DNA from: Candidatus Heimdallarchaeota archaeon
GTDB taxonomy: Archaea > Asgardarchaeota > Heimdallarchaeia > Hodarchaeales > Hodarchaeaceae
Assembly: GCA_020353515.1 (NCBI GenBank)
Contig: CP070695.1
Span: 3,520,050 to 3,584,049 of the forward strand
DNA: 64,000 nucleotides
Reading direction: 5' to 3'
Shown one piece after another: positions 50,725 through 60,983 of the stretch (position 1 is the stretch's first letter; every line of letters begins with the position of its first letter). The notes under the pieces are model-generated. The model was not told where the DNA came from, searched no databases, and was given only the letters and a program-made list of their open reading frames with translations. A program made the position numbers and the translations under genes.

Positions 50725-51063
50725 TCTATTCGATTCCCCAAATTGATACCAATGTGTAGGATTTTAGGTAATAAAAACGTATCTCATAATACAAGAATCG
50801 TGGTTAGTTTCGTTTGACTTCTTTAGTTTTACTTAGAATTGTGCTTCATTCTTTCAAAACTTTTTCTTCTTCAAAAATATGAATATTAATAGTATCGTTA
50901 ATTCCCATCTTCATTATTTCACATAGAAAAAAGAAAAACGAGAAGTATTCAGAGGGTTAATAACTCTCAATAATTATTATTTAAATATGCATAATAGAAT
51001 AATGTAAGAAACGAATAGTTTAAATATATTGTATTTGAGTATATAAGTTAATTGGGTTTTATT

Positions 51064-51195
51064 ATGTCAAGAATTCAAAATCAAGACAGATTAAAATTAG
51101 TAGAAGTTACTCCTACTCCTCCCATTATACCCTTCGTTATTAGCCTTTTTATTGTTACTGGAAGATTTAGAAGAAGGAGAAGGAAAAAGTATTAA
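51064..51195 (+). CDS. 43-aa peptide consisting mainly of a TM plus basic tail (not in ORF track)
   Basis: Hand translation: MSRIQNQDRLKLVEVTPTPPIIPFVISLFIVTGRFRRRRRKKY*. Confidence 0.4.
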   Translation: MSRIQNQDRLKLVEVTPTPPIIPFVISLFIVTGRFRRRRRKKY

Positions 51196-51316
51196 AACAA
51201 TTAGAAGTTCCCTCATTTTTCATTTATTAGCTGTAACTAACTTCATCTCATTCAGACAGCTAATAAATTCTTAGGTACAAATCATACAAAGAACACATTT
51301 CAATAATGGTGATTTT

Positions 51317-51721
51317 TTGGTTGGAATTTCGAATTTAAAGACTTTGTTAAATTCAATGAATCCTAAATTAGTTGATGGTGAATTTGTGTTTTGTACAATA
51401 TCTGAATCTCGCTTTTCTAAACTTAAAATTATCCCCCTATTAATATTTAAAGAAGAAGAAGGGATCACGCTAATTATTAAACGCAATATGGCAGAATCAA
51501 ACTTTCTAAGTTATACCGAAATATGGGCCTGGATTATTCTGACTGTTCATTCTGATCTGTCAGCTGTTGGATTTTTAGCACGAATAACCAGTAAGCTTGC
51601 AGAATCTGGGATCAGTGTGAACGTGGTGTCAGCTTATTACCATGATCACCTATTTGTTCCAGTTAATCATGCAAATAGAGCAGTGATTCTTTTACAGGAA
51701 TTATCAGCATCAAAAATCTGA
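51317..51721 (+). CDS. ACT-domain protein (DUF2241/CASTOR-type ACT)
   Basis: EEEGITLI, LTVHSDLSAVGF, ISVNVVSAYYHDHLFV. Confidence 0.88.
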   Translation: MVGISNLKTLLNSMNPKLVDGEFVFCTISESRFSKLKIIPLLIFKEEEGITLIIKRNMAESNFLSYTEIWAWIILTVHSDLSAVGFLARITSKLAESGISVNVVSAYYHDHLFVPVNHANRAVILLQELSASKI

Positions 51722-51728
51722 GTTAATA

Positions 51729-52244
51729 CTACTTAATGATAGGTTTTCCTTTTAAAAGCTTATTTACTTCATCAGGATGGCTTTTAATAACCCGTCGGCA
51801 CGCTTTACGAGTGATGAATAGAGTTTTTTTATCATATGTATTTTTATCAAGCCACTTCTGAAGAGTTTTTATTACAAGGTTTGGATGTCGTCTAGAGATA
51901 TCTGCTGCAGTTTCTATCACTGGTAAAACGAAGATAAAGTTAATTTCCTCAAAACTGCAATTTCTAGCAATCAGAGATGCAAGATGTCTGACTTGCCAAC
52001 GACCGTTATTTATTAAAACTTCTAGTGATTGTTTTTTCACTGATATTGGGACTTTTTCTGCTATAATCTTTTGTCTAAGTTGACGTAAGGTCCAAACAAT
52101 ACCCTTCCCGATCCTCTGAGACTGGGGAATACTATCCTTGATCTTCTGAATCACCTCATATAGTGGTTCAGTATTTTTATCTACTAATAGACAATTGAAA
52201 ATATTATTCATTGACATTTTCTGTTTCTCAGGGTAAAAATACAT
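51729..52244 (-). CDS. HEAT-repeat protein, DNA alkylation repair (AlkD)-like; possibly internally deleted
   Basis: WQVRHLA and DISRRHPNLVIKTLQKW HEAT-like segments; short for the family. Confidence 0.5.
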   Translation of the reverse strand: MYFYPEKQKMSMNNIFNCLLVDKNTEPLYEVIQKIKDSIPQSQRIGKGIVWTLRQLRQKIIAEKVPISVKKQSLEVLINNGRWQVRHLASLIARNCSFEEINFIFVLPVIETAADISRRHPNLVIKTLQKWLDKNTYDKKTLFITRKACRRVIKSHPDEVNKLLKGKPIIK

Positions 52245-52332
52245 TAGAAGGAAATTCTCTCAAAGTTATTTTGTCATAATTTTTAAGCATCCGATTAAAA
52301 TATCATCAAAAAGAGTTGCTTTATCATCTTTT

Positions 52333-53394
52333 TTGGTTGATACATTAGGAGTTTGTCTAGTGGGATCATTTGTACCTAGCGATTTGATTGAGTATCCAAT
52401 TATAAATTACTTCAAATATAGGAATAAAGGAAAAATTAAAGATAAAGATCTTTCTTCATCATTTATTTCAGAATATACTCAATATTATCGGAAGGATCCC
52501 CGAGACTTCTTTCTTGAGAACTTTAAGCCGAAAACTTTTGATATCAAATGGAATAACCCAGTTTTTCGAGGTAAATTCCATCGATCTACAGGTCAATTAC
52601 TTAGTCCATTCCAACCATTATCTTCGATTCTCCAAGAACAAAAATACTATCCAAATCTCAATATGGTAGCGCACCACTATAAATCTAAGAACATTAATAG
52701 TACAAATAAGCAGACTGTGGTTCTTTTCATCCATGGATACGCCGAAACAACTTTTATTTTTCATGAAGTGAGTTATTTTAAATTTTTCAATAAAATATTT
52801 CATAGTGATGTTTTTGCGCTCGAACTACCCTATCATTTTAATCGTCAACCAAAAGATTCACCTTTTTCTGGAGCTTATTACCTCAATGGTAATCCGATTC
52901 GAATGTTGGAAGCAATTAGACAGTCTATTCAAGAAATTCTTCTTACAACCCTTTATTTAAAGGAAAAATATGAACGAATTATCTTATTTGGCGTCTCTTT
53001 AGGAGGACATTTAGTAGCGCTAGCTACTCAATTTCTCAGTGAAGTGGATATGATTTGCGCACTAGCTAGTCCATTTATCTTTAGTTTGAATCCTAAAATC
53101 GTACCTATTTCTACTGAAATTGTCTCACAGTTGAAAAGGAGAAATCAGACCAAGTGGTATAGACTCCTTTTTGCATGTAACTTGAAATATTTTGCCCCTT
53201 TTACTACTAATCGTCATACAGCAGTTATTGGGGGCCACTACGATCGTATTGTCGCTTTCAATCGAGTTCAGAGTCTTGCGAGAATGTTGAACAAACCACT
53301 TTTTTCTTACCCAGGTGGGCATTTATCTCTTATTTTTTGGCTTCGATCTCTCCTCTGTCGTATAAATCAACTATTTGAAGAATTAAGAGAGTAA
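52333..53394 (+). CDS. Alpha/beta hydrolase
   Basis: FIHG, LPYH..R, GVSLGG nucleophile elbow, YDRIV, GGH. Confidence 0.85.
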   Translation: MVDTLGVCLVGSFVPSDLIEYPIINYFKYRNKGKIKDKDLSSSFISEYTQYYRKDPRDFFLENFKPKTFDIKWNNPVFRGKFHRSTGQLLSPFQPLSSILQEQKYYPNLNMVAHHYKSKNINSTNKQTVVLFIHGYAETTFIFHEVSYFKFFNKIFHSDVFALELPYHFNRQPKDSPFSGAYYLNGNPIRMLEAIRQSIQEILLTTLYLKEKYERIILFGVSLGGHLVALATQFLSEVDMICALASPFIFSLNPKIVPISTEIVSQLKRRNQTKWYRLLFACNLKYFAPFTTNRHTAVIGGHYDRIVAFNRVQSLARMLNKPLFSYPGGHLSLIFWLRSLLCRINQLFEELRE

Positions 53395-53547
53395 ATTATC
53401 TCAAGATTGGATTAACTTCAAGGATTACATTATAACTTATAATTACCTCTTTCAGATATTTAAAAAATTATTGTGCTGATGATCCTATTTGCTAAATCTA
53501 CACTAAAACTTTAATCAAAAATGCTGGTCTAATGCTTAAAGAGAAGA

Positions 53548-56500
53548 ATGCTTTGTGGTAGTGAAACCGTGAAAATCCAGATAGAAGGTGCAAATGAAAA
53601 CAACCTAAAAAACATTAATGTTGAATTTGAAGACGGTTTAACTGTTGTAACTGGAATTTCAGGTAGTGGTAAAAGTTCCCTAGTCTTTTCAACACTTTAT
53701 CGTGAAGCCCGACGACGCTTTTCGGAAATTTTTGCTCAAGGGTCTAAACCCCGATTAGCTCCTGCTCATGTTCATCATATCTCAGGGTTAAGGCCTACAG
53801 TTGCAATCGAACAAAATGTCCTCAATCGTAATCCACTGTCAACGTTAGCATCAGCGTCAGGGTTACACCCTTTCTTCAGAATTTTCTTCATTAATTATGG
53901 CCAACGTCGTTGTTCTGAATGTGGATCAAAGATTAGGATTTATTCGGAGGATGAGATAATAAATCTGATATCCCAATTTCTAAAAAACAGTCCAATCACT
54001 CTTTATGCACCTCTAGTAAAGGGAATAAAAGGAAGTCATAGATCTCTCCTCCAAAGTCTTGTTAAGGAGTTTGGTAAGCAAGCCCTACTTGTGGATGGGA
54101 AAAAGTATCAACTAAAAGAATTGAATCCACAAGAGTCCCATGACATTGAAATTAAGACAATAAGGATTGAAGAACCTCTTTCAATTACTGAAATCAGAAA
54201 ATGTATTCAAAATATTGCAGCTCTAGGAACAAATGCGTTAAAGATTAAGTCTGGGAACCAAAATCAAAACCATTTAACATTATCATTTTCTAATGTCTGT
54301 CCAATATGTAATAGGTGGATCCAAGAAGTAAAAGCAAATATTTTCAATACATCATGTCCTTTTTGTAAACGAAAAGGGTGTGATAACTGTCTGGGAACAG
54401 GTTTACATCCAGAAGCTTTATCAATTACTTGGAACGGAATGAGCTTACCAGATCTCCTAAATTTGTCAGTTATTGAAGTTAATGATCTTTTCAAATATCC
54501 AGAGCTTCCATCGTCTGCAGATCGCTTGATTTTCGAGATACAAAAGCGATTAAAAGCATTATTAACAGTTGGATTAGGATATATAACGTTAAACCGTTCA
54601 TCCCCGACGTTATCTCGAGGAGAGTCCCAAAGAGTACGCATAGCTATAGCATTAATGAGTCGATTAGAAGATATGGTTCATGTATTAGATGAACCGACAA
54701 TTGGGTTAAGTATAACAGATGTCACTAAACTACTTCCAGCATTTCGACAACTTAATGGCCCAGTAATATTTGTTGAACATGATCGGATCGCAGCAGCCTC
54801 TGCAGATCAGGCAGTTGATCTTGGCCCAGGTGCAGGTATTAAAGGCGGAGATGTAGTATTCAGTGGAACATTACCTTCCTTATGGAAAACAGAAGGTTAC
54901 ACTGGTCGTTACTTCAGCCTGCAAGAAAGTGTGAGAATTCCAAAACATCGTTCTCCTCCTAATCAGTTCTTAGAGGTAATTCAAGCCAATCACCACAATC
55001 TAAAAAGGATAAACGTCAGAATACCAATTGGTCGTTTAACTGTGATAACAGGACCCAGTGGGAGCGGGAAGAGTACATTTGTAGAAGAAGTACTAAATTC
55101 ATCATTGAAAAATGGAAAACCAATTGGATGTAACAAAATTAAAGGATTAAAACTAAAACCTATTCTAGTAGATCAGTCACCAATTGGGAAAAATCCGCGA
55201 TCGAATCCAGCAACATACACAAATTTAGCAACAGTAATTCGAGATATCTTTGCTAAATTTACGAAGCTCTCCTCATCTCATTTCTCTTTTAATCGTGAGG
55301 AAGGTTGGTGTAAGAACTGTAAGGGAATGGGAGCAATTGAAGTTAAAATGAGGTATTTACCTTCAACTTGGATTCGATGTGAAATTTGTCAAGGAAAACG
55401 CTTTTCTGACGAGGTTCTTTCATCAAAAATAAAATTCAGGGAACAATCACTTTCTATAGCAGATTTTTATGAATTTTCGGTTGATGAGGCGTTTAAGTGG
55501 TTTATGGAAGGCACTAAAACTGCGATAACATCAAAAAGTCGATCTACAGCAATACGAATTCTGGAAGCGTTACAAGACATAGGTTTAGGTTACCTTCCCT
55601 TAGGACAACCGTCCCCAACTCTCTCTGGTGGAGAAGCACAGCGAGTAAAGTTAGCTAAATACCTCGGAAAGAAATCCCTAAAAGAACAGATGATTATACT
55701 TGATGAACCATCCACAGGCCTCCATCCACATGACATAACATGTTTATTAGATGTCTTAGATAAATTAGTTCGCTCAGGGGCAACATTAGTAGTTGTCGAA
55801 CATAATTCTGATTTTATTCGGGCAGCTGATTGGATTGTTGATCTTGGGCCTGAAGCAGGGCCTGAAGGAGGACAACTCATCTATAACGGCACTTCTCAAG
55901 GATTACTAAATATGAGTGAATCATTGACAACCCACGGCCTTCAGTATGAGGAAACCATACGTCCGAAGTCAAAGAAAATTCAACTTGATAAGAAGTCAAA
56001 CTCACTCCAGATCAAAAACGCTTCAGCTAATAACCTGAAAAATGTAACAATTAAACTTCCTAAACAAGCAATAACAGTTGTTACGGGAGTGTCAGGTTCA
56101 GGAAAATCAAGCTTAATTAGTGATGTGTTAAAAGCTGAAGCAGAAAGACGTTATCTCGAAACATTATCCCTCTATGAACGTCAGGGTTTAAAGGAAGGCC
56201 CAGAAGCACCAGTTGAAGCAGTATCAGGACTTGGTGTTACTATTAGCATTGACCCACGTCGAATAGGTAGATGGTACAATTATCGGGCAACTGTGGGTTT
56301 ATTAACAGAAATTTCTCACTATTTACCAATTCTATTTTCAAATCTTGGGGAATATCATTGTTCTGATTGCAATATATCTTGTCAAAAACATCAACAAGAA
56401 TGGATATGTCCTAAATGCGAGAAAAACTTTCCTATCCCTGAACCTAAGTACTTTTCACCATCAAATTATGCATCTGCTTGTACTAAATGTCAAGGAATAG

Positions 56501-58464
56501 GAACCCTTCAAATACCTAAACCAGAAAAACTAATTATCCATCCAGAAAAACCTCTGTGCAAAGGAGCGATGTACTCTCCAGGATTCTTTCCAAAGGGGTA
56601 CCTGTGCAAACGATATAATGGTGGGTATTATGTCATTAAAGCTTTAGCTGAACGATACAATTTCGATCCAATATCTACTCCTTGGAATGAAATGAGTACT
56701 GAAGCCCAACATGCTTTTCTATTCGGAGTAGAAGAACCACTAGAAGTCGCATTTGAAAGCAGGAGTAAAAGAATTGAAGATTATACTAGAACGATTAACT
56801 TTAGAGGTTTCTATGGGTGGATAGGGGATTGGGATGTCGGAGGAACCTATACCACCTCAGAATTGTGTCCTGAATGTAATGGGACAAGATTTAGACCAGA
56901 ATATCTTAAAGTAACTTTGAATGGTTACAACATTCACGAACTAAATGAGATGCCCTTTAATCATCTCTTGAGGGAATTAGAAAATCTATCATTACCTGAT
57001 ATACACGCAAACATTACAACATTTAGCTTGAAGACAATTCTTCATCGCTTAAAGTTTCTTAATCAGGTTGGGTTAAGTTATATCAACGCATCACGAATTG
57101 TTATGACGTTAAGTGCTGGGGAGGCACAACGTATAAGACTAGCAGGATTATTAGGAAGTAGTTTAACCTCTCTTACTGTACTAGCTGACGAACCAACCAG
57201 GGGGCTACATCCGAGTGAAATTGATGGATTATTAGCAGCTCTAAGTAACCTTAGAGAGACTAATACAGTTATTGTTGTGGAACATGATCCCCAAGTGATA
57301 AAAGCAGCAGATCACGTGATCGATGTAGGACCTGGACCTGGGCTTTCTGGCGGCGAAATTGTAGCACAGGGGACAGTTGAAGATGTTTCAAATTCCGAAA
57401 CTATAACGGGAATGTGGTTGAGAGGAAAACGACATTTCAAGCGTCCTAAAAAGTATGAATTCACTAGAAAGCCCAAAGGATGGTTAAAATTATACGGTGC
57501 TTCTCAAAATAACCTTAAAGGAGATCCAATGGAAATCCCATTAGGTACCCTTGTAGGTGTATGTGGTGTTTCTGGGTCAGGAAAAAGTACCCTTTTGATC
57601 GATACTTTGGGTCGCATCTTAGCTCCTAAAAAACACACAACTTCAGTTGCATATGAACCAATAGAGCCAGGCAAATATAACTCAATCGAAGGAGCTCCCT
57701 CAAGGGCAATGATTATTGACCAATCCAAGCAAGAAGTGAATACACCTTTAACCTATTTGAACTTGAAGAAACCACTCTTTGTATTATATGCTGAATGTGA
57801 TGATGCAAAAGCTCTTGAATTAGATGAAAAGGAATTATATAAGCAATGTACTGCTTGTAAAGGGAGGGGAAGAAGTCGATTGGACATGGGATTCCTTCCT
57901 GATGTATACACTCGATGTGATATTTGTCAAGGAACGGGTCTTACAGCAGAGGCGTGGATGGTTCGATTACATGGATATACATTACCAGAGTTATATGATT
58001 TAACACTTACTCAAATTTATGATCTATTTAAATATGATGAGAGAATTTCTAATCCATTAAAAGCAGCAAAAGAGGTGGGACTCGGTTATTTAGTTTTACG
58101 ACAACCACGTATCCACCTGTCAGGAGGAGAGTGCCAACGCTTGAAAATCGCAAAAGAACTCTGTAAAAAGAAATCTAAAACATCTACTCTTTATATCTTA
58201 GATGAACCTACCGTTGGTCAGCATTTACAAGATGTTTCTCGATTATTAAAGATTTTTCACCGATTAGTTGATGAAGGTAACACTGTTATAGTAATTGAAC
58301 ACCACCCCCATGTCCTTGCAGCCAGCGATTGGCTTATCGAAATCGGGCCTAGAGGAGGACCAGAGGGAGGTTATATAATCGCGAGTGGTACACCATTTGA
58401 AATATCTAAGGGAAATACACCCACGGCACAATATCTAAAGTCTGTGTTGGAGGGCCAATTATGA
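53548..58464 (+). CDS. Tandemly duplicated UvrA-family ABC ATPase (four nucleotide-binding domains)
   Basis: Four GxSGSGKS Walker A motifs, four LSxGExQR signatures, four DEP(T/S) and EH motifs, multiple CxxC Zn modules. Confidence 0.92.
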   Translation: MLCGSETVKIQIEGANENNLKNINVEFEDGLTVVTGISGSGKSSLVFSTLYREARRRFSEIFAQGSKPRLAPAHVHHISGLRPTVAIEQNVLNRNPLSTLASASGLHPFFRIFFINYGQRRCSECGSKIRIYSEDEIINLISQFLKNSPITLYAPLVKGIKGSHRSLLQSLVKEFGKQALLVDGKKYQLKELNPQESHDIEIKTIRIEEPLSITEIRKCIQNIAALGTNALKIKSGNQNQNHLTLSFSNVCPICNRWIQEVKANIFNTSCPFCKRKGCDNCLGTGLHPEALSITWNGMSLPDLLNLSVIEVNDLFKYPELPSSADRLIFEIQKRLKALLTVGLGYITLNRSSPTLSRGESQRVRIAIALMSRLEDMVHVLDEPTIGLSITDVTKLLPAFRQLNGPVIFVEHDRIAAASADQAVDLGPGAGIKGGDVVFSGTLPSLWKTEGYTGRYFSLQESVRIPKHRSPPNQFLEVIQANHHNLKRINVRIPIGRLTVITGPSGSGKSTFVEEVLNSSLKNGKPIGCNKIKGLKLKPILVDQSPIGKNPRSNPATYTNLATVIRDIFAKFTKLSSSHFSFNREEGWCKNCKGMGAIEVKMRYLPSTWIRCEICQGKRFSDEVLSSKIKFREQSLSIADFYEFSVDEAFKWFMEGTKTAITSKSRSTAIRILEALQDIGLGYLPLGQPSPTLSGGEAQRVKLAKYLGKKSLKEQMIILDEPSTGLHPHDITCLLDVLDKLVRSGATLVVVEHNSDFIRAADWIVDLGPEAGPEGGQLIYNGTSQGLLNMSESLTTHGLQYEETIRPKSKKIQLDKKSNSLQIKNASANNLKNVTIKLPKQAITVVTGVSGSGKSSLISDVLKAEAERRYLETLSLYERQGLKEGPEAPVEAVSGLGVTISIDPRRIGRWYNYRATVGLLTEISHYLPILFSNLGEYHCSDCNISCQKHQQEWICPKCEKNFPIPEPKYFSPSNYASACTKCQGIGTLQIPKPEKLIIHPEKPLCKGAMYSPGFFPKGYLCKRYNGGYYVIKALAERYNFDPISTPWNEMSTEAQHAFLFGVEEPLEVAFESRSKRIEDYTRTINFRGFYGWIGDWDVGGTYTTSELCPECNGTRFRPEYLKVTLNGYNIHELNEMPFNHLLRELENLSLPDIHANITTFSLKTILHRLKFLNQVGLSYINASRIVMTLSAGEAQRIRLAGLLGSSLTSLTVLADEPTRGLHPSEIDGLLAALSNLRETNTVIVVEHDPQVIKAADHVIDVGPGPGLSGGEIVAQGTVEDVSNSETITGMWLRGKRHFKRPKKYEFTRKPKGWLKLYGASQNNLKGDPMEIPLGTLVGVCGVSGSGKSTLLIDTLGRILAPKKHTTSVAYEPIEPGKYNSIEGAPSRAMIIDQSKQEVNTPLTYLNLKKPLFVLYAECDDAKALELDEKELYKQCTACKGRGRSRLDMGFLPDVYTRCDICQGTGLTAEAWMVRLHGYTLPELYDLTLTQIYDLFKYDERISNPLKAAKEVGLGYLVLRQPRIHLSGGECQRLKIAKELCKKKSKTSTLYILDEPTVGQHLQDVSRLLKIFHRLVDEGNTVIVIEHHPHVLAASDWLIEIGPRGGPEGGYIIASGTPFEISKGNTPTAQYLKSVLEGQL

Positions 58465-59483
58465 ACTGGATACCATTACTCTTAGCGGATCCGTCTCCAT
58501 GTTTACGATTGCTAGTTTTAAAGGAACTTTTACATAAGAAGGAATCAGACCCAGAAATCCAAGAATTGAAAGAGATGTTGAACTCAGATCCCTTGATAAT
58601 AAACCTGATTTCATTCCAGCAATCTGATGGATCATGGAAAGAAATAGATTCATCTACTTATACAGATAAAATTACGTCAACTTCGATGGTGTTGTTGAGA
58701 TTCGGATTCTTAGGGTTTTCCTCGGATCATCCTACCGTTCAGAAAGGGATTGAGTTTCTATTTTCAAAACAATTAGAAGATGGTTCATGGCCTCTTCCTC
58801 TTAAGAGTCAGAAAATCGATGGAGGGTATGATATGATCCCTTTACAGACAGCATTTCCCTTACGTGCTATAGCAGCATGTGGTTATTCTACTGATAAACG
58901 AGCTGAGCGTGGGTTTGATTGGTTACTGACTCACCGTTTAGAAGATGGGTCATGGCCAGCAGGGACGAAAGCTGGGACAAGGGGTTTCATTGCTGGATAT
59001 CGAAAACTCGCTCATTCCCGTTGGGGATGTCGTACGAATACGACTGCAATATTACACTGCTTAGCTTTACATCCCCAACGTAAAACCAGCAAAGAAGCTC
59101 GCAAAGCATTAAGGTTACTCTTGGCTCGAGAAACTCGGGAGAAACACACTCTCGGATTTGAAGTTGCCCGGATAATTGGATTTGAACCAATGAGTGGATA
59201 TTTCACCCATTTTGCGAAATTTGATGTAGCATTTCTTCTTCAACTATGTTGGCGAATTGGGGCGAGTATTGAGGATGAAAGAATAGCTAACCTGTTAGAA
59301 TTCATCTTCGACCTACAGGGATCTTATGGGTTATGGGAATATTCCCCTTATCCTCCAGCTTCTCGTTGGGTGACATTTGATTTATTACGATCTCTCTCTC
59401 AAATAGATGATACGACAGATTGGATAAATTTGGAACCCCGTACTCCATTCAAGGCTTATCCCAAGATAACGAAACGGTTTTGA
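58461..59483 (+). CDS. Prenyltransferase/squalene-oxidase-repeat (alpha/alpha barrel) protein
   Basis: QQSDGSW, QLEDGSW, RLEDGSW, QGSYGLW repeats; ATGA overlap with the UvrA-like gene. Confidence 0.75.
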   Translation: MNWIPLLLADPSPCLRLLVLKELLHKKESDPEIQELKEMLNSDPLIINLISFQQSDGSWKEIDSSTYTDKITSTSMVLLRFGFLGFSSDHPTVQKGIEFLFSKQLEDGSWPLPLKSQKIDGGYDMIPLQTAFPLRAIAACGYSTDKRAERGFDWLLTHRLEDGSWPAGTKAGTRGFIAGYRKLAHSRWGCRTNTTAILHCLALHPQRKTSKEARKALRLLLARETREKHTLGFEVARIIGFEPMSGYFTHFAKFDVAFLLQLCWRIGASIEDERIANLLEFIFDLQGSYGLWEYSPYPPASRWVTFDLLRSLSQIDDTTDWINLEPRTPFKAYPKITKRF

Positions 59484-59496
59484 AAAAATGAAATAG

Positions 59497-60834
59497 TCAT
59501 TCTATAGTTGATTTAGTAACAGGAGTAGCAACTTCTTTAACAATTTCTAGAAGCTGTAGGATTTGGGACTGGTTATGAGCCATTGATAACGACCCCAAAC
59601 CATGTAATCCTATAATACCACGATTGAACAATGCAAGTTGGAGTAAAGATTCGCGTTTTCTGTCAGTTAATTCTATAATTTCCTTGATTGTTGGTTCCTC
59701 TACCCATTTTGACATGATGTGAAGCATTATGATCGATTTAAATCCAGTTGCTACAATTGGTAACATTTCTTCTCTGAAGAATTGATCCAATTCTTGTTGA
59801 AGTTTTGTCCCTTCGGTGTTAATTCGTTTATACTCCTCGTTTGATTCTTTCAATAATTCTAAGGTCTTTAATCCAGTAGCCATACTAAGAGGATACCCAG
59901 AAAATGTACCACCCCCAATTAGAACTTGGTTCTTCATCCCAGGTGTAGCAAGTGCAATAACTTCTTTTTTGCCCCCGACAGCCCCAATAGGTAATCCTCC
60001 TCCGATAATTTTCCCCATGGTTGTTAGATCGGGAAAAATTCTTAGATCGTTTTGAAGTAGTCCATATGAAAAGCGATATCCAGTAATAACTTCATCAAAA
60101 ATTAACAAAGCCCCACATTTTTCAGTTTCTTCCCGCAGTCTTTTTAGGAAATCAGTATCAACAGGAAAACCACCTCCCCCTCCTAGTACGGGTTCTAAAA
60201 TAACAGCAGCAAGATCAGTTGCATTCTTCTGAATGAAATTAAAGATTTCTCTACTGTTTATTGGAAAAGTAAAGACACCTGCTTCTTCTTTATCCAAGAT
60301 ACCTGGGGTATCTTTACCAACGATTATGCCACCTACATCGTAAAATAAGGTGTCATTTGCTCCATGCCACCCAAGTTTCGCTTTGGCTACTACTCTTTTT
60401 TTCGTAAAGGCTCGGGCTAACCGTGAAGCGTACATAGTCGCTTCGGTTCCACTAGTACAAAATCTTACCTTTTCAATACTTGGATTGTCTCGAATAAGTG
60501 TTTCTGCTAATTTAACCTGATTTTCTGTATTCGTTCCAAAGTGCCATCCATATTTAGATCGGTCTTCTATCACTTTTTGAATTATAGGATGGTTATGTCC
60601 TAGAATCATGGCAAAATGACCGTTCCAACAATCAATGTACTCATTTCCATCAACATCCATGAGTTTGGAACCTTTAGCAGAATGGATAAATGAAGGAAAA
60701 GCACCAATAGATGGAAGGCCAAAATTCCTGATATTATGAGAAACTCCTCCTGCTAATGATTGGAGAGATTTTTCCCATAACTGTTTTGATTTGGGCCGTT
60801 TTCTTTGATAAATATCAATTTCCTCTTTTAACAT
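59497..60834 (-). CDS. Class-III aminotransferase (glutamate-1-semialdehyde aminomutase-like)
   Basis: DVDGNEYID, SGTEAT, WHG, LIFDEVITGYR, MGKIIGGGLPIGA, GTF. Confidence 0.9.
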   Translation of the reverse strand: MLKEEIDIYQRKRPKSKQLWEKSLQSLAGGVSHNIRNFGLPSIGAFPSFIHSAKGSKLMDVDGNEYIDCWNGHFAMILGHNHPIIQKVIEDRSKYGWHFGTNTENQVKLAETLIRDNPSIEKVRFCTSGTEATMYASRLARAFTKKRVVAKAKLGWHGANDTLFYDVGGIIVGKDTPGILDKEEAGVFTFPINSREIFNFIQKNATDLAAVILEPVLGGGGGFPVDTDFLKRLREETEKCGALLIFDEVITGYRFSYGLLQNDLRIFPDLTTMGKIIGGGLPIGAVGGKKEVIALATPGMKNQVLIGGGTFSGYPLSMATGLKTLELLKESNEEYKRINTEGTKLQQELDQFFREEMLPIVATGFKSIIMLHIMSKWVEEPTIKEIIELTDRKRESLLQLALFNRGIIGLHGLGSLSMAHNQSQILQLLEIVKEVATPVTKSTIE

Positions 60835-60983
60835 GAAAAAAACCTTTAAAGTTTTAAGTTTACTTGAGTAAATGACTTTTAATCAAGTTTGGCTATTGCT
60901 ATTGTTTTTCTGACAGATAAATTTAGTAAATATTAATTTAAAGTGTATGATGATATAGAAAGATACTAATTATGTGACCTGAA

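Noticed and set aside
58461-59483. Squalene-hopene cyclase
   Set aside because: About half the expected length, and no DxDD motif was seen
59497-60834. Assigning hemL (and hemE for 15726-17117)
   Set aside because: Family-level match only, no tetrapyrrole gene context, and divergent motifs
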